From: Coniocarpon cinnabarinum
Taxonomy: Eukaryota
Assembly (NCBI GenBank): GCA_051942205.1
Contig: JAVECO010000081.1
Span: forward strand, 1 to 64,000
Length of the DNA stretch: 64,000 bases
Direction: 5' to 3'
Part shown: positions 1 through 12,154 of the stretch, in pieces
Position numbering within the stretch: position 1 is the stretch's first letter
Layout of the letters: the number at the start of each line of letters is the position of its first letter
The notes under the pieces: generated by a model
What the model was told of the DNA's origin: nothing
The model's input: only the letters and a program-made list of their open reading frames with translations
Database searches by the model: none
Translations under genes and position numbers: made by a program

Positions 1-159
1 GTTCAAACTAAGTTACGAGCTTCACACTTCACCAAAACCCCTCATTCCCAATCTGAACGAGACTCAAGAGCGAGTCCTCTGGCCTTAGAACCTCTGGCTC
101 TCTTCCTGACCGTGTTGTGACAGGAAGCCACTGAGGGATCATCCTGACCCCGCGTAACA
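1..159. mobile_element. Unmutated LTR-like terminal sequence (partial, runs off the window)
   Basis: Normal GC content with intact CpA/TpG. Ends in GCGTAACA (152-159), an LTR-type ...CA terminus, exactly where the RIP-mutated DNA begins. A second similar terminus, TCCTGACC...TGTGACA, ends at 122. Confidence 0.45.
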
Positions 160-3100
160 ACTAGGTACTTAGTATAGGTATTAAGATTATTAGTATTATT
201 AGATATACTAGTTTAAGTATATATAGTAGCTATTATAAGATTATTACTCTAGTAAGCTATTAATATAGTAAATTTATTAATATTATGCTAAGATTATATC
301 TTTTAATATTTTTAGAGAAGTAGTTATAGCGCAATCTATAGATTTATCTTAATAGATAGGTAGTTAGAGTTATAATCAAGATAGCACTAGATATAGTATT
401 ATTTAAAAGTATCTACTACTACTAGTATAGTAAATATAAGATTAAAAGTTTAGAGGTAGTAACTATAAGTATTAGAATAGTAAGTAGGTATTCTTTTTTA
501 GAGTAGCTATCTTAAAGTAAATTAGTTAGTAAGTTAGACTAAGATATATTTTTAAGTATTATTATTAATATTATCTACTATTTATATATAGTAATAGGTA
601 TTAAAGTTCTTTACTATAAGATATTTTAGTAACTATTTTTTAGTATTACTAGCCTAAAGTTACTTTTTAAGTAGCTTAATACCTATTATAGTATTAGAAG
701 GGTTATAGATATTATAGAACTAGAGAGGTTTACTATTATAAAGGTTAATATAGTAGCTTTAGATAGTATTAAGTAGAAGGCTACTACTAATTATATTTAG
801 TAGTAATATACGTGCGTTAAAGTATATTACTATATAAAAGAAGAGAAAGGGGGTATAGTATATATTTTACTAGTCTCTAGCTAGGTTTAATAGTATATAT
901 AGTTATACTTAAATTAGATATAAGAAGAGCTCTTAGATAGTAATAATATTATAATTCTATATAAAAGAGTTATTAAAAAGTAGTATAAGGGTATTATATT
1001 TTATATAGATATTATACTAGAGTACTTATAGTTTTAACTATATAGGTAGTAGCTATAGTAGTAGTATTAGTAGTAGTAATATTACTACTATTATAGTTTT
1101 TACTTAAGGGTGTACCTATAAAGTATATAGTAGGTAACTAAGATAGTATCTTAAGTAGCCTTTTTTATAGTTAAGTATATAGTTGCTATATTTTTCTAAT
1201 CTTACTACTTTTATTATTATTACTCTTTTTAATCTACTTGTCTAGATTATATTCTTACTTTAGTTAGGCGTCTTAGTACTAGGCGCTTGTTTACTAGTAG
1301 CTTTAGTATTCTATAGCACTAAGCCTATAAATACTTAGTATATAGCTTTTTAAACTATATAGTTAAAAGGCTATTCTAGAGCTCTATCTACTAGTTAGGC
1401 TAATAGTATTAGATAGTATTTTTAAAGCTTATTAAGGTATTAGCCTTATACTAGGTATATTAAGTCTTCTTCTATATTCTTAGTATAATTTATTTAATAA
1501 TACTCTTAAGTAAAGCGCTCTAGGGCTATACTAGCGCTAGTAGAAGGATTAGTAGTAAAAGATAGTATAGGAAGGGCTTTTAGACTAGAGAAGTTATTAC
1601 TATCTTTTAAGCTTCTTATACCTTTAGCTTTATTACTTTTTTTTAAAAAAACGCCTTATTAGAAGCTTTACTATATAATTAAAGAAGCTTATTACTTATA
1701 GGTATAGGCCTATATAATACTAGTACTTTAAAAAAAGAGGTAGGTAGCTTAGTAAACTTGCTAGTAGTACTATTTTCTTTAAAGATCTTTATTAGGTTAG
1801 AGTATCTTTCTACTCTTTTTTTTTATTAGGGTATTATATACTATAGAGAACTTAAAAAACTTTTATATAGTAGCTAACTTTATAGACTAAGAAGAGGACT
1901 TCTAAAAGTACTTTCTAGAGCTATTCTTAAAGATAGTAGTATAGGTAAGAGCCTAAGAGTAAGTAGTTTAGGCTATTTTTAGTATACTATAGCTAGCGCT
2001 AGAATTAATAGTACTAAAGTTAATATTACTATTTAATATAGTTAACTATATATACTAGTTTATACTAGATAGGTCTAATAGAACTAGAGAGAGGGTAGAG
2101 GAGTCTAACTATAGCTAGATAAATAGAGGCTAGTTATTATTATTATTATTATTAAAGAAGGTTAGTTAGGTAAAAGAGACTACTACTAGTAGTAAAACTA
2201 GTAAGGTTACTATAACTAAATACTTTTTTAATACTAGAGGCTTAGGTATCTACACTAGTAGAAAGAAGGCTATTTTAGTAGAAAATCTACTAGTAATCTT
2301 AACTCTTTTAAAAGTAGGTTTATCTACTAATTAGGCCTTTTTTATTAGCCTAATTAACTGCTTGCCTTAAGTATAGCTAATAACTATATAGCCCTAACTT
2401 AGCTATAAGTTATCTATACTTAAAAGAGTATAGTATACTAGGTACTTTTATAAAGTCTTCTTTAGCTACTTTACTAGTTAAGTCTAGTCTTTAGCTTTTA
2501 GATTAATTTAAGTATAATAGTAAAAAAAGTTTTTTTAGTATTTTTAGGGTTACTAGTAGTATATACCTTTTTTATACTAAAAAGTACTTCTATACTAGCT
2601 AGTATAGTTTCTAAAAGAATTAGCGCTAGTACTAAGGCCTTAGTAGTATTTTAAGCTAGTAAAGGTACTTATTGCTATTTTTCTTTACTCTTATAGCTAG
2701 TACTAGGTCTAATCTATAGTTCTAGTATTACTAGAAGAAGGGCTATTATTATTAGAAAAGAAGAAGAGGGTATAGACATAGATATAGTTAGCGCTAGTAG
2801 TAGCTCTATCTTATTAGTATAGTCTAGCTTAAAAGGGTACAAAGTAGAAGAATTAGTCTTTAAAGGGACTAGATTGTTACGCTACGTCTTATAAAGTACT
2901 AGGATATAGTATATATACTTATATAAATACGTATACTAGTATTACCTAGACGCGTTTATATATAGTTATCTCTAAGTAATAGAATACTACCCTAAAGACC
3001 TAGAGAGCTTTAAGCCTTTAAGTACTTAAAGTACTCTAAGTACTACCTTTTAGTAGAGTATATTTATTTATACCTTAGTCTATATAGTTAGATAGTAAGC

Positions 3101-4690
3101 CTACCTTCTTTAGATTTAATATTATTCTAATTTAGATTTAACCTAACTTATAGTTAAAACTTATAACTTAATTACTTAATAGTTATAATATACTAGTACT
3201 TTTTTAAATAGACGTATTATCTATTAGATATTCTTTACCTAGAGCTATATAATATATATATTAGTTATTCTTCTATCTACTATACCTATTAGTACTATTT
3301 TTTATAACCTACCTTATTAGCCTAAAGCCTACGCTATAAAGTGGTCTATACTTTACTAGGCTAACCCTAGGTAGAGGCTTTAACGTAGGCGTTATATAGA
3401 TACTTAAATAGTAGTTTTTCTTATATTTAGCAAATTTACGCTATTTTTCTTTAGTAGACTAAATAGTAGAAGAAGCGTACTATATAGTCTATTTAATAAT
3501 AAAAGTAGACTAGTGTACTTTTTTTATACTTACTAATCTAGTATCTAGATTTACTATACTTATAGTAGTAAAAGTATCTTAAGAGATAGAGAGATCTAAT
3601 ATATATATATATATATATAGTAGTTATAGTACTATATAAAGTATATTTTTTTAAAAAAAGTAGTTAATAGCTTAAGAAATATAGTTAATATAAAGTTTCT
3701 TATTAATTATAGTATTAGTCTACTTAGGCTAAAAAAAGATAATAATAAGTAATTTTTAAGACTAATTATTATTCTTAAGCTAGTTAATATAGTATATATT
3801 ATTAGTATTATAGAGCTTTAGCTTTAGATTTATTAAAATAAGCTTATTAGTAAACTACTAGCGCTTTTTTTTTATACTAAGATTAACTAACTACTAAGAG
3901 ATAGAGTATATAAAAATATTATAGGTTAGAAAAACTATATATATCTCTAGACTAAAAAAAAGCTACTAGATATAGATATATTATAGTATTTAGTAAGCGT
4001 TTTACTTAGTATATATCTATAGCCTAGCGTTACTACTAGGGTATTATTATATTTTTATAAGCTCTATACTACTAAGTACTATAGTACCTAGAGCTTAATA
4101 TAGACTAGTAACTATAGTCTTTTTTTAGCTAAAGCTTTTTATATAGTCTTATATACTCTTAAAGACCTTTTTTACTATAAAAAGTATCTAAGACTAGAAA
4201 ATATTTACTTAGTAGATAGTAGCCTTAATTAACTTCTTAAAGCTAAACTAAAGAATTTTTTTAAATATAGCTCTACTAGTCTTACTTATACTTATACTAG
4301 CTATAGTAGTAGCTATAATATTATAACTAATAGTAGCCTTAATACTATAAAAATACTTAGTATAGCTTAAAAAGTGTCTAATTTAGTAAAAATATTAGTT
4401 ATCTATAGCTTTTTTTCTAATACTATAAGTAGTATCTTACTTAGCTATATAAGCTAGTATATAAACTAAATAAGTATATTATCTTTTTAGTAGCGCTTAG
4501 TAGTATAAATAAACTTCTAGAGCTATATATTTAAGTATATAATATATATAAAAGATATATCTATTTTTTAGGGTACTATATTTAAAGGCTCTAGCTACTT
4601 AAATAATAATATAGCTAGTATAGAGGTTACACTAATAGTAATATTACTATTAGATAATAGCGCTTAATAAGAAGAATTAAACTATCTAAG
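160..4690. mobile_element. AT-rich island of RIP-degenerated transposon relic(s); probably includes LTR-retrotransposon sequence
   Basis: Extreme TpA excess, near-absence of CpA/TpG, no ORF >=60 aa in the track, and sharp edges at ~160 and ~4690. A surviving TGTTACGC (2875-2882) looks like an LTR terminus. I could not identify the family. Confidence 0.9.
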
Positions 4691-5599
4691 TTTGTGCCAA
4701 AAAGACGCGATATTCGTGGAGAAATTTCAATTTTTGTGCTTCGCAGTACGGTGTTGTTTTGCTCGTTTATGTCGCCTTCTGGGTGCGATGACTATTGCCT
4801 AATTTGGTATTATTGTATACATGCGGCAATCTCTTCACACTCACGACCGAGGGAGACCGATCGAGGAGACACAGCAAGACAGATCCCTCAGCACGATTCA
4901 TCCAGTCTGACTGCAGTCCCACCATGGGTAGCAACTGCGACTCACTAATCACAGATCTGCCTGGTGATTAGGCAATTATGCACATGGCTTTCACCGATCA
5001 TTTCCTTCTCAGCTTTGCTGCGAGCTGCGTTACTGAGGGCTATGAAAATGACTGCGGCAGAAAAAAGTTCCCGCATCCATGTGATAAACCTCGGGCGACC
5101 CAATAGCATTGCGTTGTGCGTGGTGGCGCTTGAGGCGCGGTTGCTCAGTCGCACTGTTAGAGGAGAAAGCCGTGGTGGACGCAGAACTGTCGGTACTTTT
5201 GCCCACACACTCGGTGCTTATAGAGAAAAATGTCTTTCCGATCTTGAGGCCTGCATTTCATTGCCGTCGGTAGGCTTTCGTCGCCGCATTCCAAACATTC
5301 TTGAATGCCTGTGATCTTCTACATTTGCCTGCTTGATCTCACGACGGAGTAAGGCACTATTGCACATACGTCGAAAGCGAGCCGTCGACCACAAGTGCAC
5401 ATAATCGGCTGGGCTTTCTATCAGCTTCTGCTGTCATGGGCAGCTTGAGGCTCTTGGCTTGACTAAAATTCAGCAAAGAGAGGGGATGAGACGATGCGTG
5501 GCTCTTCCTCCCATGGGTAACGTTTCGAGGATGGCGCTCAGTCGACACGGCCGCTAACAGGATGAATCTAGGTCGTCAATTTTACAGATACATGCCTCG

Positions 5600-6655
5600 C
5601 GTCTCACACTGCGGTCCAGGGCATCGGCGTACCCCTAAGAGTCTGATGGTGAGAGATCCCGAGCAAGCCGTGGACGCGATCAAACGGTCCGTCATTACCC
5701 TTGCTGGGAACATTTTCCTATTCACATTTTTCCAAAACCTGCAATCGCCATTCTCTTGGGTAGAATACTGAAGCTTGGCCCTGAAACTTCACCTTCCCGC
5801 TATGCTCATAGTTCTGTGGAGCTTCGCAACGTGTGGGGTCTGGCTTGGTCAATGCCAGCCCGTTGTAGGCGTTTGGGATAAGAGAGTGTCTGCAAAATGC
5901 TTGGACCCGCATTTTCCTTGGGGTGAGCATTGGCATACCAAGTGGGTCACATTCACGGCGTTATTTAGCAACGTTACTGACGCTATGGTTAGGCACATAC
6001 GCCTTTTTGGACTTCCTGTATGGGCTTTTCCCCACGTTCTTCATCTCTAGGCTTCAAATGGACTGGCGTAGGAAGTTGCATCTCTCTATGATGCTAGGAC
6101 TTGGTTGCGTGTTAGTTGAGATTAGAAGGCAGCGCACATACTCTGGCTGACTGGCGTCCTTGCTTAGGGGTGGCTCTGTCGCTATATGGAAGCTCACTCA
6201 GCTGCCTGCTTGTGTCGATCCTGAAGCCGACGTGACGTGGAACAGCGCTGCGCTGTGCAATGCAACCTTGTAAGCAGACAACAATAAGCGCGAAAGTCGG
6301 TCTTGGCTTCATCACTCTGACTTTTGGTTTCAGATTCGAAGGAAATGTCATCGTAATTATGGCTTATGTAATCACTACCGGGCCTGCCCTGCACGAGGCT
6401 CAGAAGCATACCAGCAGGTTGAATACCAAGACACCAAGAGACGAGGAACATTATCATCGAATTGACAAGAGTACAGGCAGCGTCGAACCATACGGCGCGT
6501 TGTGCTCGCATGTAGCCAGGGCAAGCGAACGTCCTTTCCAATGTAGGCGAGAGTCCAGGCGCCTACGAGCTTACTGTCAACTTCCCTTCCACCAGACGAA
6601 TCCAGTAGCTAACTCATGCAAGGCGTCAGGGACCCGTCATCTAATTCGTGACTGA
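5600..6655 (+). pseudogene. Frameshifted PTH11-like (rhodopsin-domain) integral membrane protein pseudogene; ends approximate
   Basis: Family motifs occur in order but in shifting frames: PEQAVDAIK, PK.AIAILLGRIL, QCQPVVGVWD..VSAKCLDP, AFLDFLYGLFP.FFISRLQM..RRK....MLGLG, ADVTWNS, EGNVIVI. Confidence 0.7.
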
Positions 6656-7307
6656 CCGGGGAAACATGATACCTCAAGAGGTTGCAAACGAGGTGCCTGT
6701 CTCCTCAATGTAGGAATCTCAAAAGTCTGAAAATAGTTTAATCGATGGTTTTGGCTTGGATTAATGACTTTTTCATAAGTAGCTCTGACCAGCGATAAGT
6801 CCTGAACAACAACTTGGAAAGCAGTGTTGAACCGACGCGAAATTTTGTAATATTTTAAAGCTTCTTACTGACAAATCTAGGATTCCTTGATAGATTCTAT
6901 GGCAGCTGAGCGGAATATGAATATCGTAGACGCAGCAACTTAAGGTACAGTATATTGAAGTTCGGTTCACCCGGATTGACCAAAGGTCTGCCGCCAGGTT
7001 ATGAAGAACTTCTTGCGTGTGTGATTTCGTAGGTGATGCGCTCACCTTAGGACCGTTTACCACTTTAGGTTTAGCCATCATGTGCAATCTGCATGAAGGG
7101 GGCTCGATCCATTTAGATTTTCGGAAGACCCGGGACGAACAGGGATGTGTCCTCAAACCATTGGGTGCAGCGTATGTATTGTCTCAGATACATAGACCTG
7201 AATGGCCATTTGGGCCACCAATCTGACGAGCTAACTTCTACATAAAAGCACAAGGACTACGTGTCTTATGGAAATGAACGACAGATTTTGCATCTGTCAA
7301 GGCGATT

Positions 7308-8726
7308 ATGGCTCATCAAAGTGATCTTGTCCTCAATCTGACCAAGTTCAATCCAAAATCTTACACTGAGAAGGCTAAAGCTCTCAATGAAAGGCTCATC
7401 AAAATCCAGTCCGAGGTGCCGTTTTGGTGGGAAGGTACGTGGCCACTTACATGCTCGCTTAAGTTCTTGAGTCATGCATACGGTCGTGGAGTCACTCGAA
7501 CTACACTGTATTAATGACACTTGGTTTAGTCGGCGCAGCGAAATACCGGGAAATGCGAGCCAATGGCAAGACTCCGTTGCCAAAGCCGACCTATTTACCG
7601 CAGGCCCAGCAAATGACTGTACCTTCACGAGACGCTGGTCGAGACATACCCATTCGAGTGTTCAAGCCAAAGATCAACCTAAGTAAGGGAGTGCTCTATC
7701 ATATTCACGGCGGGGGTTGGGTGCTCCAAGATGTAAGTAGCACTCTGTTATATCCTATCGACTGATACAGTGTTCTCAAGGTTGATTCCAACGAATATGG
7801 TCGTGACTGACGGTCTTACAGGAAGCGACGTAAGCGTGAATAACTTGCGACAACGCATGTCGACAGAGCTAACGGGCACAATGGCGATCAGTCAAGACCC
7901 TCTTCTTGAGTTCCTTGCGGAAAGCTTCACTCTCACCGTTGTCTCTGTGGGCTATCGTTTGGCGCCAGAGCATCCATGGCCCGCTGGTCCAAACGACTGC
8001 TTTGATGTGGGTGAGTGGCTTGTTGATAATGCGCAGGAAATTTTTCAAGCCCCTCTTGTGGCTGCGTGTGGAGAGGTATGTTATCAAGATCAAGACTTTT
8101 CGTATTGCTTGCCTTCTCTGAGATATGACTAACAATCGAACTCCAGTCTGCCGGCGGCCATCTCACAGCCCTCACCTGCTTTCATCTTCAGAGAACCCGT
8201 CCTGAGTTCGGTTACAGGTGCCTCTTACTTAATTTTGGAGCATTTGATATTTCAAATTTCCTACCGCAGAATCATCACTATCAGACGCCGTTGGTGCTGA
8301 CTGGTAAGTTTAATTGAAGTCATGGAAAGCTCTTCGATGTGAAATGCTTGCTTTGCATGCTTGGAGTCTGTACCAGCCTTGAGCTCAACCTGACAGAAGA
8401 ACGTAGGCCACATCATGGAGAAGTACATTGAGGCACTTTTGCCTGGTACTACAGCTGAGCAGCGCACCTCCCCTGATATAAGTCCGTTTTATGCGGACTT
8501 CCATAAACTCAAGCTCCCGCCGGCGTTATTCGCAATCGGCACTGAAGATCCGCTGCTTGATGACAGCGTGCTTATGGCCGCAAGGTGGCAGATGGCTCTT
8601 GGGAAAGCAGTGTTGAAGGTATATCCTGGGGCACCTCACGGATTTTGCCTGTTTGAGGATGACGCGGCCGAATATGTTTTAGAGTACAAGCAGGATGTGA
8701 AAGACGTTCTGGGGAAATGGCTTTGA
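7308..8726 (+). CDS. Alpha/beta hydrolase, HSL/Abhydrolase_3-type esterase (6 exons)
   Basis: HGGGW oxyanion motif, YRLAPEHPWPAG, nucleophile motif GE|SAGG split by an intron, GTEDPLLDD and YPGAPHGF. Includes an 8-nt micro-exon at 7822-7829. Confidence 0.9.
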
Positions 8727-9813
8727 TGAACCGACATGCCTGGACTCGCACTCCTAAGAGTCCAACATCGATAGCTCAAGCAAAAGTGGCTTGCCGGACA
8801 AGTCGGGTCTCTCGAGATGACGGGAGAGCTTTCGTGCCTCGTGCTGGTTTGCAGTAACGACATCATTAATTTATCCGACGTGTTTTGAGATACTCGCATC
8901 ACTCCTCGAAACTCTTCACCTTCTCCCTTGGCTCTTTGTGCTCTTCCGCACCAACCCTTTACAACTGCAGTCGGCGTTCAGCAGCTCATCAAAACAGCGA
9001 ACTTATTAGCAACGGAGCTTCGAAAAATGGGTCGAGCGACGGGTTGTTTGCTCGGACTACCATTAATACTCACTCAGCCGAGCTTGTGCTACAAGGCAAG
9101 GCCACCACCCTGGGCGGAGTCAGGTACGCTGAGGTCATCGCTACCTTCACTAGTGGTGTCATGTCTATGCTATGAACACGTTGAGACGAGATACGCGACA
9201 CTAATGTCAAGCCGAACATGAGCCACGTTATGTCTCGAGAAGTCACGGGCATAATATGTCGCTGAAGAGAAATCGCTACTTCTTTCGCGCTTTTACATCG
9301 TGACTCGGGTTAATCCAAAGACACATGGAGCTAGCAAGCAGTACAGCCTAGCCCATGATGCTTGCTCAGTGAGCGTGCTTCTTAGTGCATGATATATGCT
9401 TTTTGAGATTTCTCTCATTTGCAGTTGGGTGCAGTTGGTACGTGTGAGTACTGCAGGTCGTAAATGGGTCCTTTGCCTGCATAGAAGTAGCGGTGCAAGG
9501 GCGATGAACATGATGTATTTTTGCGGTCTGAGGACACGGGTATGTCGAGCACCCATTGTAATTGTTAAAATCGAGGCAAATGAATGAATGAATGGCGTTG
9601 TGTCCATGCCACAAGAATATGTACTCGAAGCGTGTATGTCATTTTAATCTTGCGCTACGGACGCATCCGGTCTTCAATCTTCTCGCTTCTCGGCCTGAAG
9701 CACCGTGCAAGGAATGCTCAGCATTATTCGTCAATTAAGCCAAGTCCTCCTGCACCCTTGGCTATTCAAGCAAATTGCATCACGCTCTGGGCGTACATTT
9801 GACGAACACAATC

Positions 9814-10502
9814 ATGTCGGGAGAAACTTCTGTCGATAAACTTCTCGCAACACTTAATCCGGTACTCCAGCCCGATAGCTTCTTCTTTGCTACGTTACAC
9901 GGCACACTCAAAGACGTGACGGCGCTGCATCCGGGTCTAGTCGAGGAAGCGGAGATGCTGTTTTATGAGAGGCATAGGAAAGCAATGACGTTGCTGCTGC
10001 CCTTAGCCACGGTCGAGAAAGAAGGCAGAGAGGCACAAGACCTGAAGTGGGAGTTCGAGTGCAGACAGATAACTATCGATGTGCATTCAGGCCTGGCGGT
10101 ATGTACTTATTCCTCTCTGTATAGATGTGTGCCGCGACAAAGCCTGGCCACGAGACTCTGTACCTCTAATTCATAGTTCTATTCAAGCCAAAAGCCTTGT
10201 CCATGTCATTCTGAGACATCCGCATTTGCTCCTGGTGACATCACCATCGCTAGTCCCACTACTCGGCATCACTGTACCATGCAGCTAATCTGACTGATTT
10301 ACGATGCAAACAGGCGGTCGGCTTCATGCCCATTCTCACTGGTGCCCTTGCAGAAAAGGGTATTAGTTGTAACCCTGTTTCAGGTTACTATAGTGATCAC
10401 CTTTTTGTTCCACATCATCACGCTGAGGAAGCACTCAAAGTACTCAAGGGTCTGCGCGATCAAGCGGCCACCGTAGACCGGAGTCAACGGGTCGAACAAT
10501 GA
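9814..10502 (+). CDS. ACT-domain (DUF2241/ACT_7-like) protein, 2 exons
   Basis: MSGETSVDKLLATLNPVL...ITIDVHSGLA|AVGFM...LAEKGISCNPVSGYYSDHLFVP; intron 10099-10313 (GTATGT...CAG). Confidence 0.8.
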
Positions 10503-11197
10503 GAAGGGCATCTCAAGAATGGGATCGGATGTTAGTGGTGTACTCGCGAGGCGTGATAATAGCGCTGGCCTGATGCCTGCAAATTCCTAATTAAGGTGCT
10601 TTTACGATGTCCATAGGAAGGAGACTAAAGCCCCTATGAGGAGATACATTGGGCAAAGGCAATCGAGATGGTGACTAGGTAGAGTTTGCCTCGTTGTCTG
10701 AGCAGGGGTACCAAGGACACTCTAGGCACAGAACATGAGTACAGAGGACATCCAAAAGTTCATATGATTCAAGAGAAAGTATTGAGATTCGAGTATGTCG
10801 CCACTTCTCAACAAAGTGCAAGAAACTCTCATTTGGCTTCATGCGGGCGCAAATGTTTGCACAAGCTCTAGCAAAAAGATGACTTTACGCTCAGTGCTTT
10901 TAAGCGAGGAGGAAGACACTTTTTAGAGTTCTTGACAAGATCAGAGGGCAACATTGGGAATCCAAGAAACGTGACAGACGAAAGGCGCCGTGTGAAAGCT
11001 GAGACATCTCAAAATCGGAATATGCGGCTTGTCTTACCTCGGATTTCAGGCGACAAAGCATACCGTACTTCTTGATATGGCAGTATCGGATAGGTCGACT
11101 GACTAAGCATTGTCCGCACAATCAAGACATCATTAGAAGATTGTAGTGAACCATCATCCAGAACAGCTCTTGTTCGAATTGACACGAGCTCGTCAAG

Positions 11198-12154
11198 ATG
11201 GTATGTCATCCCTCTCACCGTCAGCATTCGCGACACACAACGTTGGAGACTGCTGCTGGATCACCGGGCCTTGAGAGCGCGCGCTGCAACATCGCATCAA
11301 GCAAGAGTCCAAGAGGAGGAATTTCGCATGACAATTTGGGAGTCTGGAATGTGCGAGTGAATCAGTTTCTGGAATACGCGCGCTATCAACGACCGCGGTG
11401 TCGACATAAAAGTCTGGTTTGATTTCAACGCCTAAGAGATCAAGAGCCACCACATCCGCAACACCCCTCCACTTTGGACTCACTGATCGATTCATCAAGA
11501 AGCTCGCGCGCACACCAGTGACCCAATCGAAGCCAACACAAGAGATCAATTCTTCGTTGCCACATCCGCGAACGCGCATTCATTTACAAGCTAGTCGGAT
11601 AAGAACATCGACACAGCTCTCCATGAATCTAGCAGCGTCTCCAGCATCTCCCTGAACTCACAAACCCTCACCCGCTTCAAACAGCAATGGAAAAAATGCC
11701 CCAAGACTGACAGGTTCCAGGTCAACATTCCCAAAACCCGCCGCACCTACTGCAAGGGCAAAGATTGCAAAAAACACACAAACCACAAGGTGACACAATA
11801 CAAAGCCGGCAAGGTACATACATACAAGTCCATCTAACCCTCTCTATCACCACATATCCACCCAAAATCCTCTCCCCGCCATCTTTCCACCCATCCACCC
11901 TGCACAAAACTTTTTCTAACACAGCAAAGGCCTCCCCTTTCGCACAGGGCAAACGCCGCTACGACCGCAAACAGTCCGGATACGGAGGTCAGACCAAACC
12001 CATCTTCCACAAGAAGGCCAAGACGACCAAGAAAGTGGTACTCCGACTCGAATGCACAAGTTGTAAGACGAAGGCGCAGTTGTCGTTGAAGCGGTGTAAG
12101 CATTTTGAGTTGGGGGGTGACAAGAAGACGAAGGGGGCGGCTTTGGTGTTTTAG
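11198..12154 (+). CDS. RPL42: 60S ribosomal protein eL42 (L42/L44), 3 exons
   Basis: [20 protein letters not shown]...[47 protein letters not shown]. The first exon is ATG only (11198-11200), followed by GTATGT. Confidence 0.95.

Noticed and set aside
905..935. KLDIRRA-like reading resembling a reverse-transcriptase motif
   Set aside because: No downstream RT motifs recoverable in frame; likely chance in low-complexity sequence.
3361..3370. CTAACCCTAG, telomere-like
   Set aside because: A single unit inside RIPped DNA, not an array.
4690..4820. Possible unmutated DNA-transposon end/TIR at the island's right edge
   Set aside because: No matching inverted partner found within the island, even allowing for RIP transitions.
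4945..5400. Short ORFs next to the island
   Set aside because: No recognisable family or consistent splice structure.
8885..9800. Cluster of 60-105 aa ORFs
   Set aside because: Overlapping on both strands, mostly non-ATG starts, no motifs.
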